DNA from: Takakia lepidozioides
Lineage: Eukaryota; Plantae; Bryophyta
Direction of reading: 5' to 3'
Length of the DNA stretch: 64,000 nucleotides
NCBI GenBank assembly: GCA_030704615.1
Contig: CM060731.1
Span: 6,696,001-6,760,000 of the forward strand
Part shown: positions 1 through 11,725 of the stretch, in pieces
Layout of the letters: each line of letters opens with the position of its first letter
How positions within the stretch are numbered: the first letter of the stretch is position 1
Program-made: the position numbers and the translations under genes
The notes under the pieces: generated by a model
The model's database searches: none
Told to the model about the DNA's origin: nothing
What the model saw: the letters and a program-made list of their open reading frames with translations, nothing else

Positions 1-177
1 ATTCTGGATTAGACACCAGAATGAGATGAGAGCTCCTGTGAATGAGGGCCCAGTGGTGGCAGCTCACATGGTTAGGCCATGTGTTGTACCAGAAGTAAGT
101 ACAATGATAGTAACAAGAAGTAAAGCCAAACTAATACCTCCAGTAGAGGAAGAGATGATAATGAAGGTGGCAGTGAT

Positions 178-1125
178 ATGCCTGAAGATGATGAGGCTTG
201 GAGAGATGAGAAGGAACTGCACAAGGAAGTGGCAGATACCATAAGGGAAATGCAGAAGAGTACTGATATTCCTGTGGCAGATTCCTCTGATTCTGATGAA
301 GAAGAAGAAGAAGTGAGGAGTGATGAAAGGAAGAAAGAAGATGCAGACATGCAAAGTAATGAAGAGACTTTGGCTGAAGTAATATGCCAGACCAAAGCAG
401 AGATTACCATTGGACAGCTATTGGCTGTGGCACCTTATTGTAGGCACAGGCTGTATCAAGCAATCAATCGAATTGCCCAGGAGACAGGAAACACAGACCT
501 GAACAGCAAGGTGACCAGTTATAATGTGAAGCCGGAAGGGCGAGAAACAGTCATGGACTTTGATGATTCTATGCCAGTAATCCAATTGAGAATTGGAAGC
601 ACAGAACTAACTGATGTACTGATAGATGGAGGTTCTGGAGTAAATATCATGACAGACCAATTAAGGAAGAAGCTTGGTCTAAGTAACATGAAACCAGCCC
701 CATTTACAGTAACAATGGCAGATCAAAGAAGTGTACAGCCATTGGGATTAATAAGAGGAGTTAAGATACAGATACAGAAGATGATCTTTATGATCACAGT
801 AACTGTGTTGAAGATGGATGAAGTCATGGAGGCTTACTCCTTATTATTGGGACGTCCGTGGCTGAAACAGGCCAGGGTATTCCATGACTGGAATTCTCAG
901 TTACTAACCGTGCATAATGGGATACACGAGATACAAATTACCACAAAGAAATCTAGTAGATTACCTGCTACGAGAAGACCTCGAGGAGTCAGAGAGTATG
1001 ACTGGAGAGGAGGACTGGATGAGGAGCAGGAAGCTACCCTGTTTGCTGCACACCCAGAGTGGGAGCAGGTTGCAGAGATGCGGCTGGAAGGCCTAAGTTG
1101 TTTAAGGGTATCTGCTGTGGTGTAG
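178..1125 (+). pseudogene. gag C-terminus / retropepsin aspartic protease
   Basis: VLIDGGSGVNIM, MADQRSVQPLG and YSLLLGRPWL motifs. Confidence 0.88.
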
Positions 1126-1369
1126 TGTCAGCAACACCAATTGAAGAGGAAACCAGCAGTTACCCATCACATTTCTATGAAGAAAAAGAAGGAGAAATGG
1201 AAATCCTAGAGGAACCAGCCACTGTGAGTTTACAGGATGAAGTGGTGACTGGTTGGACAATCACAGCTGATGAGCAAGTGAGGGAAGTGAATGTGGGAAC
1301 TAAAGAGGAACCGAGGATGGTGAAGGTAGGAGCTGATTTGGAGCCAGAATTCTTGAAGAAGCTAAGAGT

Positions 1370-2700
1370 TTGTTCATCAAATACAGAGATGTATTTGCTT
1401 GGAGCTATGAGGATCTAAAAGGGATACCACCTGAAATCTGTCAGCATAAGATTGAACTGGAACCAGGGTCAGTACCAATCAAGCAGGCAAGGTACAGAAT
1501 GAATCCCAACTACGCACAGAAGGTTGGAGAAGAGATCAAGAAGTTGGCTGAGGCTAAGTTTATATACCCAATAGAGTATACAACTTGGTTGTCACCCATT
1601 GTGATAGTTCCCAAGAAGAATGGTAAACTAAGAGTTTGTGTGAACTACAAGAAGCTGAATGCTTGTACAAAAGATCCTTTCCCTTTGCCATTCACAGAAG
1701 CAGTATTAGACACTGTGGCAGGCCATGAGATGTACTCATTCATGGATGGCTTCAGTGGTTATAATCAAGTGCAAGTGGCAGAAGAAGACCAAGGAAAAAC
1801 AGCTTTCATCACAGACTGGGGTGCTTATGCATACAAAGTCATGCCCTTTGGACTTTGTAATGCACCAGCAACCTTTCAGAGAGTGATAAGTGAATCTTTT
1901 CATGAGTATCTGGATGATTTCATGCAGGTGTTCTTGGATGATTTCAGTGTGTACAGCTCTAAGAATGAGCACTTGCATAAATTGGAGTTATGTTGGCCAG
2001 ATGCAGGATGAGGTCTGGGCCTGAATCCAGAGAAGTGTACTTTCTGTGTGAACTCAGGGGTGCTTCTGGGACACATTGTGTGTAAGAGGGGACTTTGTGG
2101 ATCCCAGGAAAACAGAGGCCATTAAAGCCTCTCCACCACCAGTGAATGTTAAGAGTCTAAGGAGATTCCTTGGACAAACCAGTTACAGAAGATTTGTCAG
2201 ACGGTATGCACAGATAGCAGCACCATTGAGCAAACTTCTGAAGAAAGATGCAGTGTTTGCATGGACACCTGAATGTCAACAGGCTTTTGAGGAACTTACA
2301 TTGTCAGTAACAACTACACCTGTGCTGATTAATCCTCACTGGCATATTTCATGTTCACTGTGATGCTTCTGGAGAAGCACTAGGAGCAGTGTTAGCCCAA
2401 ATGTTACAGGAAATATAGATTCACCTGTGTACTATGCTAGCGGTTGATGAACAATGCTGAAAGGAACTATAGCACAACGGAAAGAGAAGCATTGGCAATG
2501 ATCTATGCAGTGAAGAAATTCAGGCATTACCTATTGGGAAGAAAGTTTATGTTTATGTGGATCACCAGGCTCTGATATATCTGGTGAACAAACCTTTGAT
2601 AAGTGGAAGGATAGCGAGGTGGTTAATAATCTTGCACGAGTTTGAGTTCGAGGTTGTTTACAAGCCTGGACATCTTGTGGCGGATCACTTGTCACGACTA
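1370..2700 (+). pseudogene. reverse transcriptase and RNase H, frameshifted
   Basis: WLSPIVIVPKKNGKLRVCV, MDGFSGYNQ, MPFGLCNAPATFQR, VFLDDF; RNase H HCDAS and [11 protein letters not shown] in alternating frames. Confidence 0.92.
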
Positions 2701-2782
2701 ACAACAGGAGAGGCCGCCAGGAGTAGATGATCATTACCTGATGCGAGTTATTTGTAATGGAGGTGCAAGGAAGTGCAGATGA

Positions 2783-4009
2783 ATGGTTAGATTGGCAGTG
2801 GCCAATCAGATACTACCTTGCTCATGGTCAGTGCCCACCAAGTTATGGAAAGGAGCAGAGAAGAGAATTGCTATCAAGGCTCTACCTTACACTATGGTAG
2901 GGAGCAGAATGTATAAGCTAGGACCAGATGGAGTGCTGAAGCGATGCTACCACCATGAAGTAATAAAGTTTTGGAGGAAGTTCATAAAGGAGTGGCAGGA
3001 GGTCATTTTGGAGAAGAGACTACCAGCAGGAAAATACTACTGCAGGTTACTGGTGGCCTACTTTGTTCAAAGATGTACACAAGTATTGTCAGAGTTGTGA
3101 TGAATGTCAGAGGCTAGGACCTTTGCAGAGATCTGGGAAATTCTTTGCATCCTACAATGCCTACGGAACCATTTCAGAAATGGGGACTAGACTTTGTTGG
3201 ACCAATTAACCCACCAGCCAAGAATACACAGAACAGGTACATAATTACAGCCACTGATTATACTACGAAGTGGGTGGAAGCTAAAGCTTTGAGGGACAAC
3301 ACAGCCAAGTCCACAGCAAGGTTCTGTATGAGAACATACTTACACGATTTGGCTGTCCCTTGGAATTTATCAGTGATCAAGGAAGTCACTTCATTAATGA
3401 GACCATTGAATTGTTGACTAAAGAGTTCATGATTGTGCATAGGAAGAGTACAACATATTACCCACAGGGTAATGGGCAGGCAGAGGCTACCAAAAAAATA
3501 CTATGTACTATCTTGGCTAAGATAGTCAATGCAAACAGAACGGATTGGGATACAAAGCTGCTGACAGCTTTGTGGTCATACAGGACTTCATATAAAGTCA
3601 CCACTAAGTATACACCATTCCAATTAGTTTATGGTATGGAAGCTTACTTCCAGTGGAATTCCTGTTACCTACCATGAGAACGGAATGGGGAAAGAGAATG
3701 GAATTGCAAGATTCCATTAAGGTCAGGAAACATGAATTATACCATGTGGAAGAAGTACGTGCTGATGCAGCTGATAATATGACCAGAATTCAGATGAAGA
3801 GGAAGGAACAGTTTGATGAAGGCAAGTTAAAGACTTTTAAGACGGGAGATTTGGTTCTATGGTTGCAGAAGAAGGGAAAGATTAAAGCTTCTAAGCTTAA
3901 ATCACCATGGAAAGGACCTTATGTCATACAAAAGATGTATGATAACAACACCGCCATGTTACAAACCATTAACAAAGAGATGCTGGGAAGAGTCAATGCA
4001 ATAAGTTGA
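2783..4009 (+). pseudogene. integrase, frameshifted
   Basis: HHCC remnants (~2980-3110), [24 protein letters not shown] (DDE), KLKSPWKGPY. Confidence 0.92.
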
Positions 4010-5099
4010 AGGGGTACAGTGGTATCCATGACAAACCATTGCAGCATGATTTGCATGTTGAAACGCAAAGCAGTCACGGGCTGCGCCAGTTACCAACGGA
4101 GTATGGAGCACTTGTCGCTAGGCCGAGCATATATGACCAGGGCGGCAGAACAGCCAGCCTATCACAGCCCATCACCACAGCATATCACAGCCCAGCACGG
4201 CGCAACACAGCCTATCACGACCTACCACAGTGCAGCCTATCACAGCTTACCACAGTGTATCACAGCCTATCCATACCACAGTATGACACAGCCTCACAGC
4301 TTAACACAGCCTACTAGGGTTACACAATCCATAGAATCAGTGACAGGTGGACGCAGGATAACTTCAGGAAATGGCCGGCGGAAAGAAAGGACGGAAGCCA
4401 GTTTACAAAGGACACGTGGAAGTCAAGGCGCCACACACAGCTGAGAAGGAAGTGCAAGAACGGATGTCATCAAGAAAGGGGACAAGAATGGCCGTCAAAA
4501 TACCTAATCAGTGCGTCAAATTGGATGAATGGCGGGCCCATTAATGAATACAGAAAAAGGGCAACAGAACAAACGGCAAGTACAGAAAAAACGAAATTCT
4601 TGTCACATGTGTTATCCTAGTGGACAGTCCAGCAGGGAAAGTCCACTAAAGAAAATTAAATCTAAAATCCAGTCACAGCGGTTACAGCCAATAGAAAGCC
4701 AGAGAAGGATCAAGAAATTGGAGGGAAATTAAGCGCAAGAGTCGGCGTCGTTCTGAGTAACGGGCGTCTCGACGGGACAAACCATCAATGCTATAGCTTT
4801 GAAGCTATGGAGGAACTAACAGACTATACGCTCGCAATATTACTTACGCAGTGGCATAGGGACGAAACAACAGAGCGGATCTTTTCTCTTGAGCGATGCT
4901 TGCAAGCCCCGCAGGCTTACAAGAAATTACCCATAGCTTTTTGTGGCAACCATACGTTTATGCTTTGTGCACTACAGGCATTTCTTCAGTTGTTACAGCC
5001 AAAACATTTCTGTGGGTCTAGAATGAAGAGAGTGAGGAAATCCAGCAGAAACAAACGATTGCTACCCCACAGGCGATACAGATACTGAAGGAGCTGAGA

Positions 5100-6214
5100 T
5101 TGCAAGGATTGCAAAGCAAAGATTGGACATTGCACCATAGACAGTACATGTTACAATTCTTGCAGAACTTTGAGCCAAGGACAGGAGCAACAACGGTGAA
5201 GGGAGTTGAATTAGTAATTACTCCCCTATACCTCCAGCAATTGTTTCGATTGCCAGCAGGCCAGGTGCATGTGGAGGAGCACAGGGCAAGACTGCAAATA
5301 GGGGACTTATTCCAAGAAGGGAGTTTCTTTAAAACTCAGGGTTATGCTTGTACCAAGGCCGTGTACCCAGGGCTAAAGGAGGTAGGCCAGGTATTGAACG
5401 TTCTGTTTGCCATGAAACAGAACCAACAGTATTTGAGCAGATCCTTCACAGAGGAAATACTCAAAGCCCTGAGAGGAGAAGAGGTAGAATGGGCGGACAT
5501 AATGTACAACGCACTGGTAGAGGAGATGAAAAGATTACAGGGTACTGCCGCAAAGTCTCCTATCATAGTGTCTGGCCCAATCATTGCTCAAATAATTCTT
5601 GATTCTGGCATACTTGATGCGCGAGAAAGAAAGAAAGGGATGGAGTGTTTGAGCCAGAAACCACTGCAATGGAAGAGCAAGGCTCTTCACACAGTGAGGG
5701 TGGACTGGCAGGGCAACCCGAGAATAAGAGACAGAGGCGGGGAAAGACTGTAGTGGCGGATCCACTGGCTTCACGGAATCCGCATGATAATGTTTCCCAA
5801 GTTTTTGTGCAGGAAGGGGCACAGCAGCACAGAGAACTGCTATTACTGGAAGCAGGACCTTCAGAGAAAGAAGAGGAAGTTACTTCAGTATCACAGCCAT
5901 CACAGCCAGAGGATCGGCTTGTCACAAGGTTACCACAAGTTGTCCATGCAGTTCAACCAGAAATAATTGATTTAGAAAAAGAAGGGTTAGATATTCCCAC
6001 TACAGAACAGGTGGTGGCAGAAATAGAGAAGGGGGACCTTCTCTATGAATATTCTGGTATGGTCAAGGACACAATGATTCTCACATATCCAGGTAGTGTT
6101 CAATCATCTCCGTCAACCAGTGACAGACCTCGGGCTCCTACACACAGTCCGCCACGAAACTCTCAACGTCAGAAAGGTGCTCGCTCACAAAGGATTGTTA
6201 ATCCCAATCAGTAA
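5100..6214 (+). pseudogene. additional ORF between pol and 3' LTR (Athila/Tat-type accessory, putative plant transposon protein-like)
   Basis: ORFs 5100-5753 and 5645-6214 joined by a frameshift; pattern V-K-G-V-E-L-V-I-T...LFRLP...EWADIM...GPIIAQI. Confidence 0.55.
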
Positions 6215-6232
6215 ACCGTGAGGACACGGCTT

Positions 6233-6250
6233 TTTGAGAGGGGAAGGGGT
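6233..6250 (+). promoter_or_regulatory. polypurine tract
   Basis: tttGAGAGGGGAAGGGGt ending 2 nt before TGTTAG. Confidence 0.85.
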
Positions 6251-6252
6251 AA

Positions 6253-7213
6253 TGTTAGAGGACTGTCTGGGACTTAGACACTTATACGGGATCTGTGGGG
6301 TACCCTTAATTTTTGCACAGACTGAGACCAACAGGAGCCTTAGGGGTGACAGCAGCGCACTTTAGGGGGGGGGGTGACACAGCCGACACAGCCGACACAG
6401 CCAGACACAGTCAACACAGTTCGTCACAACCGACACAGCCCATCACAGCCAACACAGCCCGTCACAGCCCGTCACAGTTTCACACTGCCAGTCACAGCTT
6501 GACACAGCTGTCACGACCATAGGGAACGGATAGCCGGACAGGGAACGACTGTGGGGAACAACACCTGCGAATGGAACATGTTAGTTCACGGACGACGGTT
6601 AGTGAGGGAAACGGTTAGAACAACGGGTAGGAAGATAAAGCGGGAAGCAAGGACTGACTGAAAGGGGGATCATTTTTTGGAGCACTTCAGGGGGGGGGAA
6701 TCACTACTGGAAGGAGTGGGAAGGAGCACTTCTTGGAGAGACTTCGGACATCACTGGGGGAAAGGAGGAGAGAGTGTATCTCTGAGCAGAAAGATGGAGA
6801 GCACGGAGTAGGAGGAGGATCTGTTGATGCTTAATGAATGCAGGCAGTAGAATTGTAATGTAGAGCAGATTAGAGACTCCATGGCTTCAGCCTGATACTT
6901 GATAGATATTAATACACACACCTCATACTCACACTGTGTAGAGAGATCTGAGTGAAGCTGTGGAATGAATTGATGAGTTGATGGAATCCGATAAATTGAT
7001 GAAGCAAACTGATACTTAATTACCAGCAGTAAGGTAACTAGCTAACATGAATGCGGGAAGGAAAACAAATAGGAAACACCCCCATGATACACTAGCTGTA
7101 GGTCATGACTGATTGTTCTAAGCGGGGCTGAGTACTTAGAGATTTCCAACTCTTCTATCTTGGAGTTTCCGCCTCGGATAGCGAAGGGATGGGTGAGTAA
7201 AAGCCGCGCGACA
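6253..7213 (+). repeat. 3' LTR (~960 bp)
   Basis: Starts TGTTAG after the PPT and ends GCGACA exactly where hAT coding sequence (VTCESLG) begins. Confidence 0.75.
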
Positions 7214-8450
7214 GTGACCTGTGAAAGTCTAGGGTTGACTGCCCCGTTTCAGGGCTCTTGCTTTGGACATGCAATGTCCAAAGCTTGTCAGTATGCTACA
7301 GATGACGATAAATTTTGTCGAGGCATGTCATTTATTTCGATAAAGCGAGCACAAGCGGAGATTCAAAAATGCATTACTTGGCCAAAGAAATCTGGTAAAG
7401 GTCGTAGAGAATGGCAGAAGGCTTGTGAAGACTCAGGGATCAGACCGCGCAAATTAAATACTCATGTGAAGACAAGGTAGTACACTCAACTAGCATCTCA
7501 TTATTTGTACTATATATTTGGTATTTTCTATTTTTTGTTAAAGTGCATCATGGAACACTACAATGAGATTTTTTCTTTCCTATTGGAGTGTATTCTGTGC
7601 ATTTTTTGTCTAGCAAATGTTTCAGTTGTGCAATGGAGAGGTGTACTATTGAAGTTGCGGGATCGCGCATCTCTGGGACAGGTTTGCGAGCAGGGTGATA
7701 TTGTTTGAGGAAGCTTTGAGATTCCGCTCAGCTATCAATATTTGCTATGAGAGACAGTCCTTTGCACTTCAAGCCCGGGTACCTTCAGCAAAAACATGGG
7801 CTATGGCCCAAGAGATTGTAAATGCCCTCTCACCCGTTGTCACAAACTGTGTGTTGAACCAATCCCGAGGGCACTGGCTACTCACAGATGCCGTGAATTC
7901 CACGGTGACTTAAAGTTCAGAGAGGCTGTTTTGAGTGCAACTAATTATAGCACCGTCTCACAAGACTTGGATGGCGAGCTAGCAGACCTTGGAGTGTACA
8001 TGAAGAAAGAAGTCATGATGGTATTGTCACCATTCTTGAGTTTCATGCAATTTTATGATCACAGGAAGGCTCACAATATGCTAGCTCTTGCGGTGGACCC
8101 GAGATTTAAAGGACTTGGGCTGGTTACAGCTTATGTTGGCCGGGACATTGCTTTGAAGGTTGTAGAAGAATATGACAGGAAGTCTTTGATGCCTTTGCTA
8201 TTGAATTGTGCAAGGCAACTATCTTCACCTGATGCAGATGCAACCACTCCTGAATTGTGCAAGCAAACAACCTTGATCTTTTTTAGACTACCCCAAGTTG
8301 TTCAGAAACTAGAGAAGAGCATTTGAAGAGAGAACTCTATCTTTTTCGTCGTTTTCCAGTTGACGTTGAGAAGATGACATGTCCGTTGTTGTGGTGGCAA
8401 ACACATGAGGCCATGTTTCCTTCAGTATGGCTTCTTGCTCGGCAGATTCT
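7214..8450 (+). pseudogene. hAT transposase C-terminal part, interrupted and truncated
   Basis: CFGHAMSKACQY (CxxH), VKTR|FAS across GT-AG intron 7477-7681, LAVDPRFK, PLLWWQTH...LARQIL dimerisation domain cut at ~8450. Confidence 0.85.
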
Positions 8451-8836
8451 AAAGTTGCAAGCGAAGAAATAATCATTTGCCCCCCGAACGACTCGTTAAA
8501 CCTTTCAACCAATTTTCAATCATGAATCATTTAATAGGGGAACTATTGGTTCACCTTTTAGATTGACCTCATACTTGTCCGGTAACTTAAAGAGGGCATG
8601 TACAACACACTCCCAAAGTTTCAAATCAATCTAAAATCATTTGGCAGAGGAACGATTGGTTCACCCATTGACCTGATGTACACTGTCACTCTTCAAGATT
8701 CGTGGGTGTGGTGCTTGATTATCCCATATGATGGACCCAGGTGCCATGGCCAAGTAACAAACCATTAAAACATTATGGTACGAGACAAACACAATGAAAA
8801 ACAACATTTATTCAAACATGATGTACAGTCAGAGGT

Positions 8837-9345
8837 CTACAAGTTTCTATCCATCCTCCAACAATTTTTGGGCTCAGGCCAATTGAATAGCCCCGTCATG
8901 AAACGCTTCACAACATTTTCTAGTTTGTACCGCAACTCTATTGTGTCTACACACAAGTTTTCCAGAGCGGAAGCAAAACAGGTTCCAGTAGACATATCGT
9001 TGAACAGGCTTGCATCGAACGTGTTACCCCCATTTATTGCCTGGGCTATCTTCCCAATTGTAAAGGTCTCTGATGGCACGGTTAGGGGGGGCCTACGAGG
9101 TGTGCCATCTGACTGGTTGTTGACTACATTATGAACAATTGCAATTTCAGGTGCAATCCACCATCTATGCGAGAGTCTTATCATTGTCTCTGCTCTCGAA
9201 AATGTACAACGTGGTTTTTGGGTCATCCGTTGTGGAGGCCATCCCCCAATCGCATACCCTGATGTACACATCTTCAAACCCTTGTAGAAAATGCAACAAG
9301 ATGTTGTCGGGGGACATGTCGTTGTGCAAGAGGTGGTGATTACGC
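8837..9345 (-). pseudogene. protein kinase C-lobe fragment
   Basis: Manual translation gives LLHNDMSPDNILLHF...IRVCDWGMA, then after a frameshift RWWIAPEI and SETFTIGKIA. Confidence 0.8.
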
Positions 9346-9472
9346 CTCCAGGCTCATGATCTAGCATTCCCCGAAGTCCAACACTGTTCAGAATTGTTCC
9401 CACACTGTATCAGAACTTTTGCTTGCAAAAAAACTAAATAATATTGAATACCAAGTGCATCAGTACACTACA

Positions 9473-11205
9473 TTGATTTGTGTTCAACTTCATGCACTCT
9501 TTATAGAGAGTTCTGCAATAGTGAGCGAAAAGAACACATTTTTTTTGGGGCATTTTTTATTAGTCCAAATTTTGGCGGGGGAGTAGTGGTGGGATGCTGC
9601 AAGCCGCAGAACAAAATTGAGCCAAAAACAAAATCGATACGTGCTAGAAACCCCCAATGAAAGGCAGTGCAAACCTATTATTGGATAACGTTTAGAATTC
9701 ATTACATTATGAAAGGCAGTGCAAACCTATTTATTGGATTAAAATTAATTTTAAATTCAATTACATTATGGGAATGGCTTGTCGATGGGGAGGCAAATGA
9801 TTCATTCATCTGTTGTGTCTCCGCACATGTGTTGCACACATGTTCAAGCACATGCGGGCAAAAGAGCGGCTTCAACCACATCCGTTCAATGGGTGCAATA
9901 GCCGTGCACGCATTGCAAGATTTTTTTTTCGCAATGAACAAAAACCAGATGACAACTGAACGCCTCATTGGCCCATTGAACGAATTTCGATTGATCTCAT
10001 ATTACACTGGGACCTATCAGAGGATACATTGAATACACTGGCCAAGTCTCAAAGCGAACAAAAATCATTTGGATGGGCAACCATCCGTTGGCCCATTGAA
10101 CAAATTTCGATTGATCTCATATTACTTTGGGGCCTCTTCCATGCACATTGAGCATACTGGCCAAGTCTCGAAGCGAACCAAAATCATCTCGATGGCCAAC
10201 CATCCGTTGAGCCATCGAATGAATTTCGATTGATTCGATATTAGTCCGAGACCTATGAGAGGGTGTCTCGAACGTACTGGCAAAGTTTGGAAGCAAACAA
10301 AAATGATTTGGATGGGCAACCATCCATTCGTCCGTTGAATGTATTCTGCTGGATCTGCTATTGCTTTGGGACCTGTTGGACTGTGTTTCACGTGCTGACG
10401 ATTTTTTTTTCATTCCGTTTTTGAATGGGGCGTGTAATGTAGCCATATGCAACGTGCGTGCCAAATTTGGAAGCGAACATAATTCATTTGGACCCAAAAC
10501 CACAGTTTCTTCCCTGTTTTGCACTCCAAACTTGATTTGTATTCAACTTCATGCACTTTTTAATAGAGAGTTATGCAATAGTGAGCGAAGAGAACATTTT
10601 TTTTTTTTGGGGTATTTTTGATTGGTCCAAATTTTGGCGGGGGAGTAGTGGTGGGATGCTGCAAGCCGCAGAACAAAATTGAGCCAAAAACAAAATCGAT
10701 ACGTGTCAGAAATCCCCAATGAAAGGCAGTGCAAACCTATTTATTGGCTTAAAATTAAATTAGATTCAATTACATTATGGAATGGCTTGGTGTCGATGGG
10801 GAGGCAAATGATTCATTCGTCTGTTGTGTCTCCGCACATGTGTCGCACACATGTTCAAGCACATGCGGGCAAAAGAGGGGCTTCAACCACATCCGTTCAA
10901 TGGGTGCAATAGCCGTGCACGCATTGCAAGATTTCTTTTTCGCAATGAACAAAAACCAGATGACAACTGAACGCCTCATTGGCCCATTGAACGAATTTCG
11001 ATTGATCTCATATTACACTGGGACCTATCAGAGGGTACATTGAACACACTGGCCAAGTCTCAAAGCGAACGAAAATCATTTGGATGGGCAACCATCCGTT
11101 GGCCCATTGAACGAATTTCGATTGATCTCATATTACTTTGGGGCCTCTTCCATGGCACATTGAGCATACTGGCCAAGTCTCAAAGCGAACCAAAATCATT
11201 TGGAG
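9473..11205. repeat. ~1.06 kb tandem duplication containing 120-bp subrepeats
   Basis: 9473 ttgatttgtgttcaacttcatgcact recurs at 10532; ggcccattgaac at 9970, 10090, 10981, 11101. Confidence 0.9.
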
Positions 11206-11289
11206 GCAAATGATTTATTCGTCTGTTCATTTATTTGTGATTAATCGTTAATGGTGAAAAGGATAAACCAAAGGTTCATTGATAAAAAA

Positions 11290-11630
11290 AAAATTGAATG
11301 ATTTGAAATTTTGCTTGTATGTTCTACATGCCTCTTACATGGACCGGACAAGTATGAGATCAATAAAAAATGGTTCACAGGAGGAACCAATGGTTACTTG
11401 ATGTGCCAATTTTTGAATGCTTTCAAACTTTGCCATTGCATTGTACATGCCCTCTTAAAGGTACCGGACAAGTATGAGTTCAATTGAAAATATTGCAATG
11501 GGTGAACCAATGGTATCTTCATTCAGCAATTTTTGATTGTTTTGAAACTTTGCCAGTATATTGTACATGCCGTCAAACAGGTACCGAACAAATATGAGGT
11601 CATTCAAAAATGGTTCAAAGGATGAACCTC
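11290..11630 (-). repeat. three 120-bp units in inverted orientation
   Basis: accggacaagtatgag-like core at ~11343, 11463, 11583; reverse complement of 8562-8605. Confidence 0.8.
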
Positions 11631-11725
11631 GTATTTTCCAAAATTACGTAGACTATACAATAGGTTGCACATTCAAGTTTTCGCAACCTGAGACCTTTGG
11701 CCTACTCCCTACGTTTCTAGCCTTT

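Larger units (their letters stand above)
1..7213 (+). mobile_element. Ty3/Gypsy LTR retrotransposon (non-chromoviral), 5'-truncated by window edge
   Basis: Domain order PR-RT-RNaseH-INT, no chromodomain after the GPY motif, extra downstream ORF, polypurine tract then TG...CA LTR. Confidence 0.93.
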
